A DNA stretch of 63,697 nucleotides, filler included, from Hyphochytrium catenoides (Eukaryota > Protista > Hyphochytriomycota), in assembly GCA_900088475.1 (NCBI GenBank). It is 8 parts of 8 records of this genome, joined end to end, with 100 filler letters (N's around TTAATTAATTAA, not from the genome) between each part and the next. Parts side by side here need not be neighbours in the genome. Positions count along the whole stretch, not along the records: positions 29,970 to 37,220 come from FLMG01001085.1; positions 37,321 to 52,402 come from FLMG01004713.1; 6 more parts are not named here. The stretch is one strand, 5' to 3'. Below, piece by piece: positions 34,286 to 47,055 of the stretch; the first letter of the stretch is position 1, and the number at the start of each line of letters is the position of its first letter. The notes under the pieces were generated by a model. That model did not search any database and was not told the DNA's origin. It saw nothing but the letters and a program-made list of their open reading frames with translations. The position numbers and the translations under genes are program-made.

Positions 34286-37220
34286 ATGGGACTCTTCTCC
34301 GTGCCCGCTCATTTGCTAGCGCCGGCCACCATGAACGCCATCGAAGCACTACTATTGCTCGTCATGGCCTTAGGAGTTATCCTTCGACTACTAAAACAAG
34401 TTACCTTCTTCCATTTCTTGCCGGTGGTGACAAGCTTGTTGAAGAAAGAGAGATTGGTAGTGTTCCTTCCTCTCCTTCAGAAGGATAAGGCCACTGCGTA
34501 CAACGCGATGATGCTTAGGGGTAAGTGCTTCTCTAGTCGGGTGATCGATGCCAAATGCTGATGTGCGCTGTGTATTGCTCTTGCTTCTCCCTGCCCTGCA
34601 GTCTATGCCGATGGTGGAGGAAGCCCGACGACCAAGAAGCAGACTGAAAAGGAAAGCGAAGTTGTTTACTCTCATGTTCTGGATATCATGAATTTGGCAC
34701 AAGCTGAAGTGCTTGGTCAGAACTATACAAATGCTAAGGCAAGTGCTAATGGTGACACTTAGGGAAAAGGAATAAATCGGGATGTAAATGCGACAAGGGT
34801 AGAGTAAGAGAGAGCAATGTCAACGACGGTGAATAGAGTCGAAGGGCTGTGGAGGAAGCGTTCAGAGATAAAGTTGCCTACCCTTACACCTCTCGGCACA
34901 GGGCTAATTTTGACTAGCTTGCTCACTGTTTTCTAGGCGCTCTATACCCAGGGCCTTGCAATCCTTGAGGTCAAGCTGTCACCCATTTGCTCATGGCTCT
35001 TGGAGGTGGAACTTCTAGCCAGAAGAGCGGACATCGAGGCAGCTCTTGGCGAATGGCAGGAGAGCCTTAGAGAATTTGAGTATGTAGCTTCGTCAAAGTG
35101 ATGTGAAGAAGCGAAAGAATCATGACGCCATAGAGAAGGCGGTTACCACGAAAGGGACAGTTAGTTGGATATTGTTCACTGGAGTTGACTTCGTCCTATT
35201 TTCGATTAAAATTATGTGACAGACTCGCGCTAGGAGCTCTTACGGCTGCGGAAAATGCGTTGGGAAAGCACGAGGGTCAGCTCATTAAGGACTTGAGGAA
35301 CGAACTCTTGGGAGCCTATCAGAACGTCACCCGAGACCAGGTTAAAGCAATCAAGGACGAGTTAAGAGAGGCTCAGCGGGAGGAGCAGAGACATCGCGAG
35401 CTTACCTCCTCCTTAGCGCAGCAGTCCCAAGGTTAGACTTGTTACACCCTCCATTCCCAACTTTTCTCCCTAGTGGGGAGGGATTCTTCCTTTCCTATCC
35501 CTCTTCCCAAATCCCTTTCTTTCATTGTTGCCCTTTTGCCTCGCTCTCCTACTTTACTTGTCCATTCTCCGTCTTTACTGGTCACCTTCTGCCCTCGGAG
35601 GCAGTAGTATCAAGCTTGCAAAGCTGTCTGAGGCTTGACCCTGTTAGCGCTGACGGCTGCATTGTTGGCCTCCATCTCCTCCGTGAGCTTCTGGAAGTTC
35701 ACGGGCACATCGTCCCTATCACGAGCCGTCCGAGTCAGGACGGCTTCTTTACCTGGTCAATAAAAAGAAAAGACCGGTATCAGGAACCGAACGAGAAAGA
35801 CACAGACAATGCTGCACCATCCAGAGCTTTCTGGAACTCTACGCTCATTGATAGCTAGTATTCTCGCGGCTGCGTTAGAGTTTGAGGAGAAGGAACCGGT
35901 TGGAGCTACCATCGTCGAGTTTCCAGACAGCTCTGGATGGTGCAGCTTTGTACCTGCCTTCCTCGTTCTGTACCGTGATACTGTCCGTCTTCTATACTGC
36001 CTAGGTAAAGAAGTCGTTTCCGCTCAGACGCCTCGGGAAGAGACGATGTGGCTAAGAAACTCTAAAAGCTCATGAATGCGATGGAGGCCGACAGACCAAC
36101 CCTCAGCGCCAACATGGCCAGGCTTCAGAAAGCTCTGGGAGGTCGATACGTCTTTCAGTCCGAACCCCATCATACGCGTGGAACCCTTACCACTCTCTTG
36201 CTTGTAGACGAACAAGCTGCATTCTTGCAAATAGCCAGTGAGAAAGATGAGCTTGCTAAACAGATCCATTTCCTGACTGCGGCCTTGGATACTGAGAAGG
36301 AAACCGTCAGAGCTACCACCGAAGAGCTCCAGACAGCTCTGGAAGGTGAAAGCCTTCAATTAGATACGTAGAGCATGGACACTGATCATTCCTCCATTTC
36401 TTCTTTGCAGCCAAAGACGCCCTGCTCGCGCAGACATCTAGCGACAGAGATCAATTAGCTTTGAAGCTTCATAGGCTTGAGGCCAAAATCGAGGTCGACA
36501 AAGCAGCAGTTAGAGCCAAAACGACGAAACTTCATGCAGCAATCCCAGGTCTCTACTACTCTCTTCGTGGCTGGACACATCCATCTGCTACGTATACTTA
36601 CCTTTTCTCACCACTCTGCAGCCAAAGACAATGCACTGTCACAATTGTCGTCTGAGAAAGAAAACGTAGCCTTGGAGTTGAAGAAGCTCATGGACGCCGC
36701 GGAGGCCAACCAAGCAGCCGCCAGCGCCAACATGGCCACGCTCCAAGAAGCTCTGGAAGGTTGATGCTACTTTCTCCAGGGCGGACCCATCAAACGACTG
36801 GAACGCTGACCGTTTTTTATTTCAGCCGAACAAGCTGCATTCTTGCAAATAGCCAGTGAAAAAGATGAGCTTGCTAAACAGATCCATTTGCTGACTGCGG
36901 CCTTGGATACTGAGAGAGAAACCGTCAGAGCTACCACCAAAGAGGTCCAGACAGCTCTGAGAGGTGAAAGCCTTGAATTAGATACGTATAGCATGGACAC
37001 TGATCATTCCACCATTTCTTTGCAGCCAAAGACGCCCTGCTCTCGCAGACATCTAGCGACAGAGATCAATTGGCTTTGAAGCTTCATAGGCTTGAGGCCA
37101 AAATCAAGGTTGACAAAGCGGCAGTTAAGGCCAGTACTGCGGAGCTTCATGCAGCACTCGCAGGTCTCTACTACTCTCTTCTTGGCTGGACACATCCATC
37201 TGCTGCTTGTGCTTACCTTT
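34286..37220 (+). CDS. Hydrophobic N-terminus + TPR-like region + modular 46-aa coiled-coil repeat protein; partly disrupted and 3'-truncated by contig end
   Basis: Exons 34286-34520, 34602-34738, 34937-35079 and 35223-35431 splice in frame and give NLAQAEVLGQNYTNAKALYTQGLAILEVKL. The 138-nt repeat exons follow. Confidence 0.7.
36005..37220 (+). repeat. Tandem exon-intron array: three 138-nt exon types (A,B,C) repeated with a ~617-bp period
   Basis: Exons 36005-36141 (137 nt, damaged), 36208-36345, 36411-36548, 36622-36759, 36826-36963 and 37026-37163, all AG/GT bounded and phase 1. Confidence 0.9.
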
Positions 37221-37539
37221 NNNNNNNNNNNNNNNNNNNNNNNNNNNNNNNNNNNNNNNNNNNNTTAATTAATTAANNNNNNNNNNNNNNNNNNNNNNNN
37301 NNNNNNNNNNNNNNNNNNNNAATCAGAGGCCGAGAATTTTGCTGATAGCGTATCGTTTAGCGTACCCCGGTGGAAGTGCTCTTATATTCGGGGAATCTTG
37401 TCTTGGAGATGGCGCTGTATTACTACGTGGAATACAGTTCAGACGCGGCCTCGCTCAGTCTCTGGACCCCAAGGGAAACCTGCCTCAGAGACGTGAGAAC
37501 CCTTTCTTGTCGGCTGGGAGACAGGGGAGAAGAAAGTTG

Positions 37540-37555
37540 AAGAGAGAGAGAGAAA

Positions 37556-37616
<61 letters not shown>

Positions 37617-37728
37617 AGAGAGAGAGAGAAGAGTATGTATATGCACATCGACCACAAGGGAGTGAGAGAGAGTGCGAGAGAGAGAGAGAGAGAGAGAGAG
37701 AAAGAAGAGAGAGAGAGAGACAGAGACA

Positions 37729-37762
<34 letters not shown>

Positions 37763-37920
37763 AAGAGAGCGAGAGAGAACAAAAAGAGAGAGAAACAGAG
37801 CGAGAGAGAACAAAAAGAGAGAGGAGAGAGCGAGAAAGAGAGTGAGAGAGAAGAGAAGGTAGAGAGAGCTATGCACACTAATCACAAGGGGATAGTAAAG
37901 AGGAGAGAGAGAGAGAGAGG
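37540..37920. repeat. (AG)n microsatellite tract
   Basis: Read directly. Confidence 0.95.
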
Positions 37921-38236
37921 AAGGAAGGGTAGGGAGCGCGGGATCACAGCTTATCAAGTGAGAGACAGGTGATGCTCTTGCTCTTAGAAGAGGTGCGGTG
38001 CACAACTGCACAGAGACAGCAGGAGGGAGAGACAGACTACCTATTGGAGTTCAGCGCCCTCACCAGGTGCGCGCGCGGGGAGACTGCGAGTCTGAAGGCA
38101 TTCTCACGTTTTCCTCAGTCTGAGATTGCGCTCTGCAACCCGCTGACACTCTGCGTTATTGCTAAGCTGGATAAGTGTGGGCTAGGGAAAGAGACAGAAA
38201 GAGAGAGAGACAGAGAGAGAGAGACTGTGTACGAGA

Positions 38237-38868
38237 ATGCACCTCTCCTCGTTGTTTCGGCGAGTTTCTTTGGCTGCCGTCATCGCCCTCTCGGTTGGCA
38301 CAGCAGTAAGCGGGAAGAGAATTCCTTTACATTTGCTTATAAAGCAAAGCGCAGCCCTTAGTCTACAGGCCACGTCACCAGCTTTCGATGATGTCTCTTC
38401 CCCTCCATCCCTCCCTCTCGCGGATGATCACCAAGGTGCGGATAGGTTTTATAAAGGCCTTGAGGAGCTGTTTCCTTTATCTGATCCACCTTCCCGCGTC
38501 TCTCTGTCTCTCTCTCCCTCTCCGTCTCTTCGCGCAACATTCTCTGTCTCGCTGGCTGCCTATGTCTGGCTGTCTCCCCCTCATCCTCTCTCTCCGTTCG
38601 GCCATCATCTTCGCTCTCTGCTTCTGCTATTTTCTGCAGTGAGAAACCTTCCAGGAGCTCCGGAAGAGTTCAAGTTTCGAAACTGGGCTGGACTCCTCCC
38701 TGTCGATGACAGGAGAAAGGGTGGCAAGCTCTTCTACTGGTAAAGCCTCAGACTGTTCAAAGACCTAGCCATGGCTCTCTTGCTAAAAGTCAATGCTTGT
38801 TCTGCTCTGGTTTGACTAAATATCACTGTCTCATTGGTCTTGTCGCTTCCTCTTTACCATTCTGTCCA

Positions 38869-38907
<39 letters not shown>

Positions 38908-41499
38908 CTTCTCCTCCCTCTCTCTTCTTTCTCTTTCTCCGTTGCCATTTGGATTCTCTATCCTTTCTCCTGCTCACCCGCTTACTCTCTCTTCGCTCTC
39001 TCGTGCTCCAAGGCTTTTCGAATCCCCAGAAAATGCGGAGGAGAAGCCTTTGACAATTTGGCTGAACGGAGGCCCTGGTTGTTCCTCATTTGACGGTCTG
39101 CTCTTGGTAAGGATAGGGGAGTTAGCGATCATCCTCTAGCTCAACGACAGACTCGTTATGCTGATTCTCTTTCACTCATTTGCAGGAGTTGGGTCCCTTC
39201 AGGCCTAAGAAGGATGGCTCTCTGGCATATAATCCGTACAGCTGGCACCATGGTGAGGCACCGCTTTGAAAGCTTATGCGCCTTCTCTTCAACGAAAGCG
39301 TATCAGGTTGGGGGGCCCAGAGGACAGAGAGAGAGACAGAGACATAGGACGGGCATATGAGGAAAAAAGAGCAAGAGTGAGAGAGACGCATTCTACACTA
39401 TTCTTCCCATCTTTTAGGCGTGTCCTCTAGAGTCCATAGAACCTGGCTGACAGAGATTGCCTTCTCCCCCTCTCCTTCTAATCGTTTGCGTCTCTCTTGC
39501 TGTTCCTCTCTCTTGCTCAATTGATCCTCTGCGAACGGGGCCCGTTCGTCTGCTACTCTCTGTTCCCTTACCTCGTGCTTTGCAACCTTCTCACCCTGGA
39601 ACAGCCACGAACATCATGTTCATCGATCAGCCAGTGGGCACGGGCCTTTCAACCGTCGGTTCAACAGGCTACGCCCGGAACCAGTCCGCCGTCAACGAGC
39701 ACATGTACAACTTCCTCCTCAACTTCTTTAAAGTGCATCCACAGTTTCTGCTAAAGTCAGGCACCAGCCACACCAGCGTCCCACGAACGAGAGAAGTCTA
39801 CTTCTTTGGTACGGTCTCCGCGAGTGCAAAAAGTTTTCTCTGGTTACCGTGATTGCCGTCTTAGCTTGGCTGCTACGTCTTTGGCCACTGTGTACCCTTT
39901 CTCTCTTATGACTTTCCTTTCTTCTTCATTCTCTTTCCTGCTACTCGTGCTCTGCTAAGCCAAAGGTACACGCGGCCTCTTCGCTCTTTCTCCTCCTTCA
40001 ACAACCAAGCTTTCTCTCTCACTGGTCAGCCGCTTCTTAGCCCTCCTATCGTTGGAGATGCCGCTTTGGTCAATGTGCTCATATTTCTCGATTTTGCTTG
40101 CTTTATCTATTCAGGCGAGAGCTATGCAGGCCATTATATCCCTCATATCGTGGAGCACATCCTTTCCATGAACCAGCAGCAGCAAGTCCCTCTCTCTATT
40201 GACGTCAAAGGCGTTGGCATAGGAAATGGCTGGAGCCACCCGCTGGTCCAGTACAACTACGCACCCTTCTCTAAGGGCGCAGGGCTGATCAATAACTATC
40301 AGACGGTGGTACTCTCCGAGAAGTATGAACTGTGTAAGATGACGCTAGACACGGTACGGCTGCAGAGAACGAGAATGGCTTATCTGTCCACCACTCTTAT
40401 CCCTTACTGTCTCGACCCTGTCTCTACCCATCCATCTCTCGCACCCTATCGCTCGTTCTCTCGCAGACTATGGCTCGTTCACTTATCTTCATCCCCATCT
40501 CCCGTTTCCTGTTGCGCTCTGCCTTGCTTCAAGCTCAAGACGTCTTTACGTATGCTTTCTTCTGCTGCCGCCCACCTTACTTCGTGATGTCGCCGTCTTA
40601 GGGGCTATTACCTTCAAACAACCACTTTCTTTCACCTCCTTCTCCTCTACAGACTCCAGTTGAGCTATCTTTTATAAAGTTATGTTCTCTCTTATTGCTG
40701 TTGGCAGGGTGTCACCTGGTCCCATCACTGCGGCAATATCCTGGACGAGATAGTGGAGAGTAGCACCATCCCAGGCCAGCCCGGCGTCAACTACTATGAC
40801 ATTAGAATGTACCTCAAAGACAGCGGCAAGGACTGGCCCACTGATGCCCCTTACATGGAGAGCTACCTTAATCGAGAGGATGTCCGTAGAGCCATCCATG
40901 CTTCGGAGAACAAATCGCCTTTCACGGAGTGCAGCGGTCCTGTTGGCGCAAACCTATGGCAAGAAGATGGGATCTCGTCCATCCCGCAAGTGGTAAAGCT
41001 CTTAGAGTCTAACGTACGCGTTCTCTTCTACAACGGGCAATGGGACCTCATCTGCAATCACTTGGGGACTCAGACCTTTCTCAATGAGATGGAATGGTCG
41101 CAAGCCAAGAACTTTAGGCAAGCAGCTCGTTTTGTCTGGTCCCATGATGGACAGCCCGCGGGCTACGGAAGATCCACAGATGACCAGGCATTGACCTTCT
41201 TAGTGGTGTTGGGTGGCTCTCATATGGTGCCGATGGATGTCCCGAGCCCGGCGCTGAACATGCTTCAGCGGTTCTTGGCCAACCAGACGTACGATGATAG
41301 GCTTCAGGAGATTGAAGGCGACGAAGAAGGCGCAGAGATGGACCTGCAGACAATGGCCTCTGCTGCTGATTCCGAGACATCACGGACTTTTTTCCTCATA
41401 TCAGGCTCAATCAGTGCGATGGTCGTTATTTTATGGATGCTTGTCACGCGGCGTGGGCGGCGGCTCCTCCAGCCTGCAGGCTACCAGCCGATTGGATAG
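38237..41499 (+). CDS. Serine carboxypeptidase S10, Kex1/carboxypeptidase D-like, multi-exon
   Basis: Signal peptide; DDHQ|VRNLPG; WLNGGPGCSS; FIDQPVGTGLS; catalytic GESYAG, NGQWDLIC and GSHMVP; acidic linker, C-terminal TM and short tail with YQPI. Confidence 0.92.
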
Positions 41500-42493
41500 A
41501 CTTGATTGATCTCCATCTCTCAATAGACTTCTATAAAATTGTCAGCCGTTGAGTCCTACTAAGAAGTTGTATGGGTTCTACCTTTTTTACGCATGTGGAG
41601 TCTCCACAATCGGCAGCCTCAGTAACACGTGAGTTCATAAGAAGGCAGAGATCCCGATGAACGCTTTAGATCTCACGAGAGAGCTTTTTGGGGCCTCTCA
41701 GGCGCTTTACTCTCTCTCGCAAAACGGAGCTAGAGAGATAACGCGGGCCTTATAGAGACCGACAGCGATCAAGGGCGACCTATTTGTTCAGAGCTACGTA
41801 ACATTCATAGTGCTAGCTACCTCTTCTGTCACTTCATTGAGCTGAAATCCGAGAGCACGGACGCCACACTCGAGCCAACAAGGCCAATGATTGCAGGTGT
41901 CAGCCACACCGTTAAATTTGACTTTGACTCTGCGACAGGCCTAGGAGCTTTGTCGCTACTGCTTTTCTCTTCCAGGCACCTTCATTTGCTGAGGCCATTG
42001 GCAGCCAGAGAGACAGAGAGACTGTCTTTGCCCAAGCAGCAACCCTGGGAAGACCTTAGCACAGATGCCGATGGCGATGGGCCCTTGCCCTCGCCTGATC
42101 GCTGGTCGCTCAACATCATCACCGCTATGCTGAACACTCTAACCGAACCTTGATTGCATATTCCGAGTAATAGACTGCTTGCGCCGAAACTGGGATTTTA
42201 TGGGGATGCTCGTTTTGAACGTTTGCCGAGAATAAATGATCAGGTAGAAATTAACTATGGAGGAGAGCCTGTTATGGTCACCATTCAGAGTACGAAAACG
42301 CTTCGGAGTCGGGACTGTGGCGCTGTAACAGTGTCAGCTCCTCGGTCGGGCAAGGCTCCTGGCTCCTCGCCCTTCCCTTGTCTCGTCAGCTCATTAGCGG
42401 GCTGCAGATAGCTCTCAAGAGCTTAAGAGCTAGCCTGAAGGGGTTGAGAAGGTGCTCAAAGCAGAGCTCGAAGCCAAGAGGCGTGGCTGGAGG

Positions 42494-45263
42494 ATGGAGG
42501 ATAAGAAGCTTATCTTTACCGGCGGCCTAGTCACCGGGATCGTGGCTGCTGCAACAGCAGGGTTGGCAGTGCAGAAGCTATGGCCTGAGTCACAAAGAGG
42601 AGCAGCGAGTAAATCCAACCAAGCTTCAGGTAGAAGATTAGAGCTGTTCTTCTCTATGTAGCCCCGATGATGCTCACAGTCTTACCGATCGTTATAGCTC
42701 CATGCCGGTCGACTTTGGCGTCCACTCCTGAGCTGGACGAGGAACAATTCTCCCGCATCATCTCCTTCTTTGGCAAAGAAGGGCATGAGAACTTGAGGAA
42801 AGCATTTGTCATCGTAGTTGGCTTAGGCGGTGTCGGTAAGGTGATTGAAGAGGTCCAGGGTGACGCTGAAAAACGTGAAGGAGCAGTATGGGAGAAGATA
42901 GAAAAAGAGAGAGAGAGGAAGGGAGAGAGAGCGCGCGAGAGAGAAAGAGATATGTATATATGTATACGAAGAAGAGAATGAGAGGGAGAAGGAGGACTGG
43001 ATGCATGTCTCGGATAAGATAAGAGAGACCGAAGAGGGTGAAGAAGTCAAACGAGAGTTAGACTAACAGGCGCAACATCTCTTGGCGTGGCTGCTGTTGG
43101 CTCTGTGTGTTAACTGCTTCAGGAAGTCACGCGGCACACATGATAGCTCGGTCTGGCGTGGGGAAGATCCGCCTCATTGACTTTGACAATGTTACTCTTT
43201 CCTCCCTCAATCGCCACGCATTAGCGGCTAGGGCGGACGTCGGTCTCTCCAAGGTGCTCCAGGCTCCTTCAGCTTCTCTTTCTTGGTATTACTTCTATGT
43301 CTGGCTCCTATCATAACGCTGTCTCTCACGTCCTTGGGCTCGTGATGTTGCCTTTGCGTACACTCTCTTTATCTTTTCATATATTCCTTCGTTTTGAATA
43401 GGTCAGCGTGATGAAGGAGAAGCTTCTCGCTATCGTTCCCGGCTGTGACATTGAGGCAGTGCAGCAGATGTTCGAGGAGAGCAGAGCTGCAGAACTTCTG
43501 CAAGGTACTGCGACCCCCTTCAACCTAGCATTCTGGTTGATCTTCTCTGCTTTTCTCAAGGTCGGACATGTCGTTGTCGCGTGATCTCTCTCTTTTCGCG
43601 GCGTCCGCCTCCTTGCCGCTCTGTTTGCTTCGTCTCTGTTGCTCCTCACCCTATCTACGTAGCTCGTCCTTCTTCTTTAGTTATTCCCTACGTCAATGGC
43701 ACCTTTACTCTCTTCGTCTCACTTGACCCGCTCCTATTCCATGACGACTCCTGGCTCGACAGGGGCTCCAACTTACGTGTTGGACTGCATCGACGACGTG
43801 CCGACCAAAGTTTCTCTTCTCGAGTTCTGTGCTAAGAATGGCATCAAGGTCATTACAGCCACAGGAGCGGGTGCCAAGGCAGACCCTACGAGGATTCATA
43901 TCGGGACACTGTCAGATGCTATTAGTGCGCCACCATTTCCTCACTCTGTCTGTCTGTCACGGTCTGCCTGTGTCGCTCTGCCGCTCTCTCTATTACTTAG
44001 CCTTTTTTATCTCAACAATGGCCTTACATTTGGCTGTCTGGCTGTTCCTCGTTGCCGATCTTGTCATTTTCGCAGACACATTCTCCTCTACTTCCCCTTT
44101 AACTGTTCTGTGGTCCAAGCTGATTATAGTAACACGAGTGATCTCAAACCTTTAGAGGACCCATTGGCTTCTAAGGTTAGGTTCTTCCTCAAGAAGAAGG
44201 ATGTAGACCCTTTAGCCATTTCCTGCGTGTACTCCAGCGAGTCTCCTGTCTGCGACCTTCTGCCCCTGGAAGATGATCAGGCTGAGAACCCTGCAGCCTT
44301 TGGCAACGTGGAAAATTTCCGCTTAAGAGTTATCCCCGTCCTAGGTAAGTTATGGCTCTGCTCTATCTCTTCTTACCACATTAGTACTGACTGCTCCGTT
44401 TCCTTACCGCACCGCGGACGTCTTGCTGGCAGGTACAATGCCTTCCTCTGTCGGGATGGCAATGGCCGGTTTCGTTCTTAGCGAACTGGGAGGCAAGCCG
44501 ATTGAGTACGCGCGACTTCTTTCTGCACTAATAACGACTTTTAGAAGCGTAAGCGTCTCACTTTCTACCTCTCCCCTCTCTCCTCTTAATGTCCGACAGG
44601 CCCGTGCCTATCCCGAAACTCGCAAGAGAGCTCCGGAATAAGACGTACCAGCGTCTAAAGCAGCGGGAGCAAGATATTTTCAAGAACAGGTAAGGACAAA
44701 GTCTACGTCTACGAAGCTCTTTTATGGAGCCTCGAAGCCCCTAATTGGGACCCTCAACAACTTTCTTTGCCCACGACCTGCTGTGGCTCTCTTTCGCCAT
44801 AACCCCTCAGGGAGCCAATGGAGCTTGATAAGGTACATCTCTCCCTCCTGCCTGCACCCTTCGAGGAGCTGGTTGCTCTAATACTTGTCGCTAGCCTCTA
44901 TCGTCTCCTCTCTTCCTTCTCTGCTTCACCGGCCTGGCCATCTTTCTAGCAATTTATCCCTGCTATGTTCTGCTCTTTCCGTCTCGCCAACTCGGCTGAC
45001 ACACAATCGTACGGTAGGACGACATGGACAGCATTGTCGAGCTATGGAGAGGGAGAAGTCCAATAGGTGGCGCACGGATCACAGGGCGGGATAGGATCGT
45101 CCTAACGCGCTGGGACCAACAGCAGCCTGCGGCACCAGGCAACCTGATCCTGGCAACGACTAAAGAGGCGGACAAGCTGCTTACCGAAGGAAAGGATTGG
45201 ATTGATCCAGCGCGGGTGGCAGACATTGAGAGACGACTCGCGGCCATTGCCGCCAAGTTCTAG
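42494..45263 (+). CDS. tRNA threonylcarbamoyladenosine dehydratase (TcdA / yeast TCD1-TCD2-like, ThiF family), multi-exon
   Basis: N-terminal anchor; EQFSRIISFFG; VVGLGGVG|SHAAHMIARSGVGKIRLIDFDNVTLSSLNRHA; YVLDCIDD; GAGAKADPTRI; FRLRVIPVLG|TMP. Confidence 0.92.
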
Positions 45264-45431
45264 TGGTACATTTATATATTGTAGCCGGTTAGAAAGCGTC
45301 CGAAAGAAGACGACTAGGGGAAAGGGTGGTTGCGCGCGAGAGGGAATAAGTACGCGAGAAGGGGGCGGTAGAGCAAGATGCGCGAAGGTAGTGCGAGCTG
45401 AGCTGCGGGACTGCTCGCCCAGATTGCCACT

Positions 45432-46005
45432 TTAGAAACACTTCTCAAATACTTTGTCGAAGGTTGGGATCTGCGGGTTGGCGTCTAAGAGCTCCTTCGG
45501 TATATGCGAGTTCTCATTGAGCTCCTGCCAGACGACAGAATCGGCCACAGTTAGCCTCGCAGTCTAATCGCCGATCCTCATGGCGGAGGAGAGCTCACCT
45601 GAATGTCAGGAAATGTGCCAACAAACCGGTACTCACTATTTTCCCTAACAAAGACCTGCGGATACTTGGCTCTCTGGCCGCTAATCTCAAACAGCTTGTT
45701 CCGAAGCTCTCTATTCTCCTCCTGCACATGATAGTTAAGACATTGCCGCTCTGCGGTACAGCTATGAAGTCAGTAAACACTGAGAACAAAGTCTTACCAG
45801 GCTGCCGTCTATCTTCTCCACAGTGAGCTTCTTGGCCTCAAAGAGAGAGTCCAAGCCTCTATGGTGAGACTCCTGCTCGGTGGTGCTGAGGATCGACGTG
45901 ACCAGTGCCACTACCTGGGTGGGTGTCCGCCGTTAGAGGGCTCATTATGAGGAATAAGCAATATCTCAATGCTTCTCTATTGCTTACCTGTGGTTTCGAT
46001 TCCAT
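45432..46005 (-). CDS. Small SH3BGR/glutaredoxin-like fold protein, 4 exons (absent from ORF track)
   Basis: MESKPQ|VVALVTSILSTTEQESHHRGLDSLFEAKKLTVEKIDGSL|EENRELRNKLFEISGQRAKYPQVFVRENSEYRFVGTFPDIQ|ELNENSHIPKELLDANPQIPTFDKVFEKCF*; all three introns are phase-0 GT-AG. Confidence 0.85.
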
Positions 46006-46353
46006 TTTCCTCTGACGCTGAAGTAAATCCGGAGTCCAAGAAGGGAAGATGTTCCTGGTAAGTCCTGAGCGAAGACAACGGTGCTTCTGAGAGCGAGAAG
46101 ACGTAGGGAAGCGTTATGGGTTGGTCTGACAGAAGGTGAGGCAGACTTGCAGGTGTGGGACAATGCGTTGTAACAAAAAAGCTGGTATCGTTGTCAGCAG
46201 CAAGAAAGGCGCAGGGAGGTCTGGATTACTTGCTGATGGGACAATCAGGGTGTGACCTCCTCCTCTCTTCCTCCGAAGCGGAAAGATGATTTCCCTTTCC
46301 GTGGCTGATAAAGAGATAATCTGGATCACGAAATAAACATTGACTGTGAGACC

Positions 46354-46392
46354 AGAGAGAGAGAGGGGAAGAGAACGAGAGAGAGAGAGAGG

Positions 46393-46423
<31 letters not shown>

Positions 46424-46428
46424 AAGAG

Positions 46429-46478
<50 letters not shown>

Positions 46479-46479
46479 G

Positions 46480-46515
<36 letters not shown>

Positions 46516-46520
46516 AAGAG
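46354..46520. repeat. (AG)n microsatellite tract
   Basis: Read directly. Confidence 0.95.
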
Positions 46521-47055
46521 TCAGCGCTGGAGATGATGATGGGAGGAGCGGAGAGGAGAGTAGGGAGGGTTTAGGTTCTGATGAGGAAGGAGCCAAGAGG
46601 AGAGGCACTTGTCCTGAGATCCTGGGGGAGTCGAGAACACAACTATACAGATCATAAACATGCACGGCATCATTCTGTTATTTGATAGAGCTGATTCAGA
46701 ACAACCATCAGAACCCACAGAACGACCGGGATCACAGAAAAATACTTTGACGATTCCTGTCCAGAATCCTCCCACTTTACCCTCATTCTGTTTCTAAGAT
46801 GCATCGTGCCGATAAGGAATATATGCGCTGTTAGTCCTTACATAACAACAGGAGGACGAACGGACGCAAACCAATAAGAACAATCTTCCAGAGAGGAGCT
46901 TGAAGATCGGATTGACGATGAGACAGAGATCATATTAGGTCACCAGCGACAGAGTCAGAGCAGACGCAACCTGCGGCTGTTCACCGTGATTTAACATTCA
47001 TACATGGGCCCCAAGCTGCTATAGAAGGTATAAACATAAGGTGTACGTGCCGGCA

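Noticed and set aside
21790-36141. Alternative genetic code (TAA/TAG read as Gln)
   Set aside because: Conserved genes end at the expected positions with TAG (PRI2, TCD, Kex1-like), TAA (TLC, transposase) and TGA (P450), with no internal stops in the parts translated.
36005-37220. Regularly spaced repeats as a CRISPR-like array
   Set aside because: Units are coding exons with GT-AG introns; no short identical repeats with unique spacers and no cas genes.
29970-45263. SLC35F-like carrier near TCD as a tRNA-modification cluster
   Set aside because: Separated by an artificial contig join and unrelated genes; adjacency is unproven.
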